Below are positions 55,001-64,000 of a stretch of 64,000 bases of DNA, in pieces. The DNA is taken from positions 8,061,875 to 8,125,874 of the forward strand of contig OZ316891.1 in the NCBI GenBank assembly GCA_973895155.1. The letters run 5' to 3'. This DNA is from Marsupella aquatica. Lineage: Eukaryota; Plantae; Marchantiophyta. Within the stretch, counting starts at the first letter, position 1, and the number at the start of each line of letters is the position of its first letter. The notes under the pieces are model-generated. The model saw only the letters and a program-made list of their open reading frames with translations. It searched no databases and was not told the origin of the DNA. A program made the position numbers and the translations under genes.

Positions 55001-55840
55001 ACTAAAGCAAAGCGGAAGAATGTGGTATCAGAGATTTAGAGATAAAATATTGAATATGAGTTTTACTAATGAAGATATTGCTCCTTGTTTATTTATTAAA
55101 AAACATGATGAGAAATTTTTAATAATTGTCATCTACGTAGACTATGGTTTATTTGGACACTTAAACTTATTACAACACCTCATCAAGATACTAAACCACA
55201 TATTTGAGATGAAAAACTTAGGCCAAACCCACTACTGTTTGGGCCTACAATTCAAACACCTACTTATTGGTATACTTTTACATCAGAGTACATATACCAT
55301 CAAAATCCTCAAACAATTCAACATGGACAAAGCACATCTTCTAACTTCTCCTATGGAAGTACAATTCCTAGACAGAGACAAGGATGCATTCAAAAAAAGA
55401 AATGAAAATGAATAATTACTTGGTCCTGAAAAATCATACTTATCAGCAATAGGAGCACTCATGTTCCTAACTAACCAAACACGATCAGACATAGTGCACA
55501 ACCTACCATACGCCACCGGAATGGCACAAAAAGAATAATGCGTTACCTACAAGGAACTACTGATATGGGACTATATTTTCCTAATAACAATAATAAGATC
55601 TTAACAGGCTACGCAGACACCGGATATTTATCAGACCCAGACGACACTAAATCACAAACCGATTACATATTCTTATATGGTACTATAGCCATTTCTTGGA
55701 AAAGCACTGAGCAAACACTAACATGCACTTCATCCAACCATGGCGAGATTATTGCATATATGAAGCTAGCAGAGAGTGTATTTGGCTAAAAAGAGTAATC
55801 AAACATATTAATACAAACTATGGTTTATCAACACTAACCA
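52056..55840 (+). mobile_element. Decayed Ty1/copia internal region, Bianca lineage
   Basis: Gag MASIEKLNFLPLTIEGENYLSWILD and FIRHHL...LWDQLKERYDH; pre-integrase LWHTKFGHP...CTTCSQGK; integrase HANICGP and IRVDN; RT YAPVMDAITYR and SLYGLKQSGRMWY; RNase H GYADTGYLSDP. Many stops. Confidence 0.9.
52442..52893 (+). repeat. Dispersed ~450-bp repeat, copy 2, interrupting the copia gag
   Basis: Homologous to 21378-21848. Confidence 0.85.
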
Positions 55841-56187
55841 AACAGAGAGATACAAAGCAAGATAGTCAAAAACTATGACTAAACGGGAACTGAGAGGGCG
55901 GGAGGGCGGAGCAAACTCAAAGGTGTGGCTATGGCTGCCTGACTTCCCTGGACTCACCAACACGCTCACACTACCATTTTGATCGTTTTATAGGGCGCTG
56001 ACTCCTCGTGTGGACCTTGATATCGAAGGCGTTGCAACTTGCTTGGACATTGGTGGTCGGAAGTGTCACGGAGAGGAATCGAATCAGCTGGAGCACTTCA
56101 CATTTGTGAACGGAGGGCAAAATTTTGGCAATAATTTGAATTGGGTTTGCAAGGTGAGTAGGCTGCTAAGCGTCACGACTAGAACAG

Positions 56188-58359
56188 ATGGATCCTTTTA
56201 GTGGGGTGGGACCGCGGATGCGAACTGGCTATGGTCGTGGCCCTGGGCGGGGATCGTCACTATCATTGGCTATGGGGTCTTTTCACAGGGATCGATCGTT
56301 GGCCCAGGGAGGAGATGGACGGGATCCCTCCGCTCTAGGTGCTAGACGAATTGAAGAGGAAGAAGGAGGGCAATGGGCTGGGGAGCGTTCTGGTAGCACT
56401 AGGTTCTCCCTGCAAGACGCGAGGGGCAGGCCTAAGTCTGCCCCTTTTGATCTGTTTGGCACTGCTGACGGTAGCAGAACAACTACAGATAAAGGCAACA
56501 GGCCTAGCAACAAAAAGTTTATCCCACGCTCCGGACCTTCATGGGCAGATCAGATGGACCTAGATATACAAGAGGCGGAGGAAGCGGTGGAACTTGAGCT
56601 ACAGGCTCATTCCTCGAGACCTAAGTCGCCTGCAAGGGGGCGTGGGGCACTTGGGAACTTAGCGCCTGGTGATGCTCCGGTATGTAATGCTGCTGGCCCC
56701 AAGAGAGGGACGAGGCCCTCCACGATAGATGCACAGGGTTCTCAGAGGGAGGCTGTAGGCCTTGATCACCAGACGGAGCACAAACCACGACAAAGCAATC
56801 GGCAGCCACAGCACGTTAATGCAGCCAGAACTCAACATACAAATGAGGATGACTTTGCTGGGTTATCTGATGAACTACCAAATACCTGTTTGGAAATGCT
56901 ACGTAAAATTGCCATCAGCTCCACAGGCGATTGGCCTAACACGCTTCACACCAGGATTCAGTGGTCTGTAGAGGAGGCTACTCTCTCTATTACAGAACTA
57001 TACAACTGCACAATGATTTGCTATTTCACTGATCGCCTACTGCTACTACCGGTCTTCAGGGACTGGGCTGAATCGGTTTTTAATCGTGACTTAGGCTGGC
57101 CGATAACTCAGATCAAATTCGCTGGTAAGAATTTTTATGTGATCACGTTTGAATTTCCAAAGCATCGAGATGCTGCTTTGGAACTGGCCCCCTTCTTCAT
57201 GGACCGGAAATTTGTATTTACTTTTCCTTGGGACCCATCGTTTGATGCAAGTAGTGATTCATACACGAAATTGCCAGTCTGGATCGAGCTACCATTTCGA
57301 GCACTAGTACTGGAGGGATGCAGGAAACGAATAGCCGGGTCATTTGGGAAGGTTCTATACTACATACAGGGTGACGAGCGCAGCTCTTTCCCCCATGACA
57401 GGGCTTGTATATTGTGGGACACTAGCCGAGAAGTACCACGCTGCGTTGGAGTGGATATTACTGCTGGCATCATGATTTGGCAGCCTGTAGTATTCAGAAA
57501 TATACCATATCATTGTTTCAAATGCAACCAAAAAGGCCACTTAGCACGGGACTGCAAAGCACTCGAACAGGAGGAGAACCCCACCAAAACCAATAAAACA
57601 ATCCGGGATCCTACTACAAGCAAGAGGGCGGGAGAAATATTCCAAGAAGCAAAGACTACGGAGGATATCCCGGCTGGTGGAAGCCATGCGGCCTTCACAA
57701 GTCTGAACACGTATCGTCTGGACACTAGCAATGGTGCAGGAGGAGCTGTCGATCACATGTTGCGTGAACAACGACCCAGTGTGCCACATTCAGCCAGCAG
57801 GGAGAATTACCAGATTACAACCGCGTCAAGAGAAAGGAGCGTGCTTAGGGAAGCGGGAGGGAATCCGTTGGCGTGGCCAGCCTTGGTGGTCAGTAAGGAA
57901 GCTCCGAGGACTAGGCAATCTGCCGGGGACTACGGGTCAACTGGTGCTTTGCCAATTGACTCTCTACGGCTGGGTCCGATGAGGGTCAAAGAGCTAACAG
58001 CGATCGAGGAGTATGAAGCTGTGCAAGATGGAAGCGGGGACGAAGAAAATCAATCTTATCAGGGGGGCTCTGATATTGAGATGTCTGAATACGAAGAATA
58101 CATCACCCAAAGTCAGCTGAAAAAGGAAAGAGCGAGGAAACTCGAGCTGAGAACTCCTCCATTTGTTAAGAGGAATGACGATACGAGGAAGGACACTAAG
58201 AAGGTGAGATCCTTACAATATCCGGGGGTAGAAATTGCTCGCTCTCCCTATAGAGATCGTTTAAATAGTGAAGATCAAGAACGACGCGAAGGAAGGCAGG
58301 TGGAGGAGCAGGAGGATGGAAGTGGAAGGACAAGGGATGCTAGACGGGGTCTCCCCTAA
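56188..58359 (+). CDS. LINE ORF1 (DUF4283-like RRM region and CCHC knuckle), 723 aa
   Basis: GKNFYVITF, PWDPSF, LPVWIELP and CFKCNQKGHLARDC. Confidence 0.9.
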   Translation: MDPFSGVGPRMRTGYGRGPGRGSSLSLAMGSFHRDRSLAQGGDGRDPSALGARRIEEEEGGQWAGERSGSTRFSLQDARGRPKSAPFDLFGTADGSRTTTDKGNRPSNKKFIPRSGPSWADQMDLDIQEAEEAVELELQAHSSRPKSPARGRGALGNLAPGDAPVCNAAGPKRGTRPSTIDAQGSQREAVGLDHQTEHKPRQSNRQPQHVNAARTQHTNEDDFAGLSDELPNTCLEMLRKIAISSTGDWPNTLHTRIQWSVEEATLSITELYNCTMICYFTDRLLLLPVFRDWAESVFNRDLGWPITQIKFAGKNFYVITFEFPKHRDAALELAPFFMDRKFVFTFPWDPSFDASSDSYTKLPVWIELPFRALVLEGCRKRIAGSFGKVLYYIQGDERSSFPHDRACILWDTSREVPRCVGVDITAGIMIWQPVVFRNIPYHCFKCNQKGHLARDCKALEQEENPTKTNKTIRDPTTSKRAGEIFQEAKTTEDIPAGGSHAAFTSLNTYRLDTSNGAGGAVDHMLREQRPSVPHSASRENYQITTASRERSVLREAGGNPLAWPALVVSKEAPRTRQSAGDYGSTGALPIDSLRLGPMRVKELTAIEEYEAVQDGSGDEENQSYQGGSDIEMSEYEEYITQSQLKKERARKLELRTPPFVKRNDDTRKDTKKVRSLQYPGVEIARSPYRDRLNSEDQERREGRQVEEQEDGSGRTRDARRGLP

Positions 58360-58435
58360 ACTTTCTCCGGGCTGCTCGAGATCGGCTTCTTTGAACTGAA
58401 CAAAGGAGGGTACGTAGGTAGGTCCGCAAACGATA

Positions 58436-61400
58436 ATGACAAGTGCTATTCTGTCGTTTGCTTCATGGAATGTATGCGGGTTGTGTGACCCGAATAGGAA
58501 ACAGATCGTAAAGAATTGGCTCATCTCACTGAAGATACCACTTACAGCACTTGCCTTACAAGAAGTTAAGGCTGACCAGTTTAGATTAGACATAGCCTTA
58601 AGAGCTATTTTGCCCAACTACCAGAATTTCTCTTCTGCTTCGGATGATGGACGTGGAGGAATGTCTTTACTGCTTCACCCATCGCTTACGGTTATCGAAT
58701 CAGGGATCATTGATAAGGGGCGGGCAGTTTGGGTACGAGTGGAGCATCCTGAGGGTAATTTTGGCCTGGTAAGTATTTATGCACCTAATCAAGCCAGGGA
58801 GCGGGCGCTACTCTGGCATGACCTGAAGTCCTCGCTACCGCAAGACAATTGGATAATGTGCGGAGACTTCAATATGACAGAAAGAGATACTGATTCTTCA
58901 GGTCCTTCCCCTCTCATCCGCGGGAGGGAGGAGGAATTCTGGAGATTCTTGAAAATGCGTTTCGACTTAGTGGATGCAATCAGCATTAGCCAGAAATTTA
59001 CGGGTGCCAACTTTACGTGGAGAAGGATCATCAATGGCAGGATGGTGCAATCACGTCTTGACAGATTCTACTTCAGTGAGCGAGGATGGTGGACAGGAAG
59101 TGTGGATGAATTACTGCATGAGGGGAGCTTGGCTCTCTCAGACCACGACCCATGTATCATCAGATGCCGGCTTACAACAGCGGATACTCAAGAGACGCAC
59201 CGGAAATCAACATACTTTAAAGCTAATGCGGGCTTACTCAAGGATGCCGATAATTTGGACAGGCTCAGGAATGCCCGGAGAGGGATAGATGTCAGCTCGG
59301 CCGAGCCTCACATCAGGTTTCACCAAGCATGTAGGAGACTAAGGCAAGAGTATATGGGACTCCAAATGGAATCATCGGGTAAAAAGGCGGACGTCACGAC
59401 TCTCCGTGAGCGACTTCGCTCTCTGAAACTTGAACTCCTGCACAGCTACTCTGATGATGATCTCAAAGATTTTGCAACCACTGAGGAACAGGTAAGGATT
59501 GCTGAGCATGAGGATGCCATGCAAAGTAGACGTCTCTCACGTATCAAATGGCTGGGCCAGGGAGATGAGCCATCAAAATTCTACTTCACCACGCTGAAAA
59601 CCAAGAGAATGAGAGAGACCATGTCTGAGCTACTGCTAGATGATGGCAGGATAATTACTCAAGAGAGTCTAAAGATGGCCGAGATCGAAAAGCAATTTGG
59701 GGCCCTATATGAGGCGCATGACGACGCGACAAGTAGTCAGTCCCGGGAGGTTCAGGCCGCACGGAGGAGGTTGTTCTCAAACACACTGAAGGCTCTCTCT
59801 GCCACGGATCTCTCAAAGCTAGAGCAACCACCTACAATGGAGGAGGTGAAGGATACATTATGGTCGTTCCTGGCTGATAAATCACCGGGGCCTGACGGAT
59901 TAACAACTGAAGTGTTCAAGAAGTGCTGGGACTTCTTAAACGAGGATCTGTTGAGTATAATTCTGGCATTCTGGAGGACCGGCGAACTGGTGTGCAACGT
60001 GAAGCAAGGGATTATCAAGTTAATTCCCAAGAAGGCAGATAAAAGGAGACTGAAGGACTGGAGGCCTCTCACGATGCTCAACACGACCTACAAGATTATA
60101 GCCAAACTCCTAGCCAGCCGCTTAAAACCGCTGCTAAACCAACTAATCAGCCCCCAGCAATCCGGTTTTATTCCAGGAAGACACATTCTTGAGAACATTT
60201 CCACAGCGTGGTTTACAGCGGAGTGGGTAAGAAACAAAAAGGAAAAATCCTTATTCCTCAAGCTCGACTTTGAGAAAGCCTTCGATCGGGTCAACCATAC
60301 GTACATTTGGGAGTCCATGCACCTCTTGGGACTTGGGAGTCACTTCATCAGGCTCGTCAGGTCACTGGTTACGGGGGCAAGCTCTAAGATTCACATTAAT
60401 GGCCTCTTTTCTAAGGACATTCGAATGCTGAGAGATGTACGTCAAGGCTGCCCACTCTCTCCTCTATTGTTTGTGCTCTCGACTCAACCATTCATGGATT
60501 TCTTAGATGGAGAACTGGCACAAGGCACCCTGAGAGGAATTCAGATATCGGAGGTGCTGACAATATGCTACAAGTTCTTTGCTGATGACCTCGGCATGTT
60601 TATTCCTGCTTCTCCCGAGGATTTTCTTGGGGCCAGACTAGTTATCGAGTGCTATGAGCTGGCATCGGGGGCCAAACTGAATTTGCATAAGTCGACTGTT
60701 ATTCCCTTGCGACTCAATGAGATCCCGGAATGGTTGGTTGAGACAGGTTGCACTATTAGCCTGAAAGGGGAAATTCAGAAGTACCTGGGTGCTCCGGTGG
60801 GTTGGGGTATACAGGCCTCTAAGCTCCACACCTTCTGTCTCGATCAAATCGAATCCAGGCTCTCTACGTGGGCCACCCGGTTCTTATCATTCACTGGCAG
60901 GACCATACTGGTTAAGCGTGTTCTTCAAGGTGTACCCATTTACCATATGATGTTCCTACATTCTTCGAGTGCTCTGGCCAGGAAAATGGTGGCTCTATGC
61001 CGTGACTTCCTTTGGGGTTACAACGCTGCAGGGGGGAGAAAGGTGCCACTAGTGGCCTGGGGATCATTGGCCCGCCCCAAGGTGGATGGGGGGTTGGGCT
61101 TCAAGGAATTCAGAAGCCATTCGGACACACTCCTAGCACAATGGTTTTACCAAGCACTTGATCATCCGGACTCAGACTGGGCTCAACTCTACTACGAGAA
61201 CCTGAAGATGGCAAAATGGCGCAACCACAAGACCATTAGGAGAAATGGCTATTCCTTCTCTGATCGCCTCCTATTGTGTTGCCCTCGCTCCTTCAGCGGC
61301 TTGAGCTACACTGGCAGTCTCTGGAAAACCTGGGAAGCACTCCATACTCACTTGTTATTTTCGCCTGCTGGTGTTGCTGTGGCCGCTTGGTGGAGCATTG

Positions 61401-62351
61401 ATGATATTGTCAGGTGTCTCGAAGGGTTCCAGGATCTTCCAGAAGACATGAAAGGTAGGCTGATCCGGACTTGCGGACGAATGGGTTTGAGAAAGGTCTC
61501 TGACCTCAGACGCTAGGGTGGCAACACTCCGGAATTTGCCCGACACAAGCTCAACAAGATCAGAGGTTTGGACCCAGAATTGGAGGCGCTGTGCATTTCC
61601 TTGGTGAGAAGAATCAGAAGGATCTCGGATGACAAAGAGGCTGGTTCTTTAGCAACATGCTGGATCTGGGCGGACAAAAAGGAGAGAATGAGCAAATTTG
61701 CCCTGCCTAATGCTAGAGCATACCAACTCCTGCGCACGAAAGGTTAGGCTCAACAGAATCTGGTCGCTTCATCTCTCTGATCTAGAATGGAGTAAACTTT
61801 GGCACTCACTATGGGCGTCTGATCTCCCCACGAAGTCTCGCACATTTCTCTGGAGAGTGATTGCACAAGGGCTCTTCACTAACATACGGGCTTTGCGGAT
61901 GGGTAAGAGTGATGGTACTTGTGGTCTGTGCCGTAATGCTCCTGCGAGTATACCCCACATTTTCTTTACATGCAAGCTTGCTGCCAAAGGTTGGGATTTG
62001 GTTGCCAGGACTTTTCCAGATTTGATCACTTGGCCAGGAGTTGATCTGAGAGTTCTAATGGAGGCATTTCAGGGCCATAGCCTAGCTCGTTCACTAATCG
62101 TTTTCATGGCGTATCAAGTACTCTGGCACATTTGGCTTGCTCGGAATGACAGTGTATTCAATAATGGCAAAAGTAGATGTTTTGACCTGTTGAAGATATT
62201 TACGGAGGTCATTGATCAACTCCATGGACTGTGTGAGGATTTAGGCCCTTGCAATAGGCGCACACGGTTGCTGCGGATCAAGGAAGAAATTATTAAGGAA
62301 CGCTTGAACTGGGCCCCCCGGGCGGAGGCTCGGTTCTCCTCTTCCTCCTGA
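58436..62351 (+). pseudogene. LINE ORF2 (AP endonuclease, RT, zf-RVT) with a stop at 61514-61516 and a frameshift near 61740
   Basis: SWNVCGL, LQEVK, IYAPN, GDFN, SRLDRFY and SDH (endonuclease); KSPGPDG, KLDFEKAFDRV, QGCPLSP and FADD (RT); CGLC...HIFFTC (zf-RVT). Confidence 0.92.
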
Positions 62352-64000
62352 CTTCCTACTTCAGTCCTAGCCCACTAGACTTAGACTTTTTGTGCCTCAC
62401 TAGTGGGATGCACTAGATAGAACCGGTATCTAGGGCTTAGCATGGATGCTGATACCTTCTGGCCTTCTCACCCTGTGGCTCCTTGCCCGGGGTTTCTTTG
62501 GTATGAGCTCTCTAGGTTTTAGTTGGTCTTTTGTCACCCGTCTGCCCGGCGTGGGCTCCTATGCTGCCTGTTTGGCCCCCTTTCCCGTAGGGTTTTGCGG
62601 GTTTTATTTTATATATAAAAATAATAATTTAAAAAAACAAAAAAAACAAAAAAAACAAAAAACTATGACTAAACATGAAGGACAGAGACAGAAGAAAATG
62701 AGTAATTTTGAGTGAAAATTTTGGAAGAATGGGTTTTAATTTGTTTATCTTGGACCAAGAATAGGGAGGAACCATTTCATGAAAATAATTAGAATATTCC
62801 AATTAGAAGTATGGGTTACTTGGACCACTTTAGAATTAATGTTTTGGAGTTCTAGTAGGATAAACGTAGTTAGGAAACTGATTTCTTTTGATGAGTGGAA
62901 CCCGGTGATTGAATCAATATTTTAAAAAGGGATTGTCTACTCCTGTTTCACCTAGAGGAGATTAGAAAAAGGAAAGTTGAATAATAGGGTTTAGAAGATA
63001 TGGTTTTTGAAGCATCTGGTTAGAAAGTTTTTATGTTATGGGATTGGAAAATCAAGGAGATGAGGACGAAATGGCAAGAGGAAGAGAACAAGAAGAACGA
63101 AGATGTGAAGGAAGCTCGCCGGAGATTGAAGCTATGTTTAAAATGTCTGGGCAAAACCATTGATGACCTGGAGACCGAGACCTGACCTGATGATTTGGAT
63201 TTAGCATGGAACCCCGAGCTAGAGACGGGCCAATAAAAGAAATTTTTGGAACCTCAAACCTATAATCCTATTTGAATAAAATAAGACCTAAGTTGCAAGG
63301 GATACCTTTATTGTCATTGCAATAGAATAAAAAAGAATAAAAAAGATATTTGAGTATTTTCTATGACGACTTTGAGTTATGAAGAATAAAAATGCTCAAA
63401 TGGATTGGATGACAATGGATTAGTATTAATTCAATCTTAAAAATGAGATTTGAAATGGATTCAATGAAGTTTAATTACTTCATTATTTAACTAAGTCAGA
63501 AGTGTCAAGTCCCTAAAGCATAAAAAATGAGTTTCATACCGATTTAAATTGGTGTTTGAAAACCGGCTTGGCCCCCACACTTGGGCCTGACCCCGACTTT
63601 GGAAGACCAGGCAGTTTGATGTTTTGATAGAGTTTTTTGGCCAATTTGATGGGCAAGGTCAAACCAGGATCATATGTAGTGGTGTTGGTTTGATGAGTGA
63701 ATGATTTGTAACATAAATGCTATTAATTGTTACGGACCCCACTAGAAGTCCCTTCCAAAATTTGAGACTCCACAACGCATGTCATCATGATGCGCTGCAA
63801 ATAGGTATGGATTGGTTTATAATTACTTCACCTTTCATGTTTATGGCAAGATTTTGGTAAAATTGAGGACATCATGCCGTAAACCTTTATGTAAAAATAT
63901 TTCAAAACTAATCATTTTCATTACCTTGAGTAACCAACTCTTCAAGTAGTAGTAGGCCCGCAATCAGTTTTATTTACCCCTAATAACCAACTGCCCACCC

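Larger units (their letters stand above)
55885..62657 (+). mobile_element. Full-length L1-clade LINE with 17-bp TSD
   Basis: TSD AAAAACTATGACTAAAC at 55868-55884 and 62658-62674, an (A6-8C)n tail, and ORF1 plus ORF2. Confidence 0.95.

Overview
This is eukaryotic, land-plant DNA, probably from a non-seed plant such as a bryophyte or fern (inferred from the retroelement lineages, not proven). The only clear host gene is a 14-exon MCM7 on the minus strand (5503-11147, about 724 aa), with an E2F site upstream and one GC-AG intron. The rest is nested transposons: a 5'-truncated L1-type LINE, a decayed hAT transposase, a Bianca-type Ty1/copia split by about 30 kb of insertions, two non-chromovirus Ty3/gypsy elements (A, minus strand; B, plus strand, complete with TSD and 1717-bp LTRs), and a full-length L1 LINE with a 17-bp TSD. 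Three observations stand out. (1) Element A appears to have a ~4.6-kb LTR that itself encodes a ~1,200-codon accessory protein, supported by a separate solo copy with the same boundaries. (2) Element B carries CRISPR-like arrays of a 20-bp palindrome (GGACGCTT-TCTG-AAGCGTCC) with unique spacers in both LTRs and just upstream of its own accessory ORF. (3) Element B has duplicated PPTs bracketing that ORF, which suggests how such an ORF could be captured into an LTR. All alignments were made by eye and no database searches were run.
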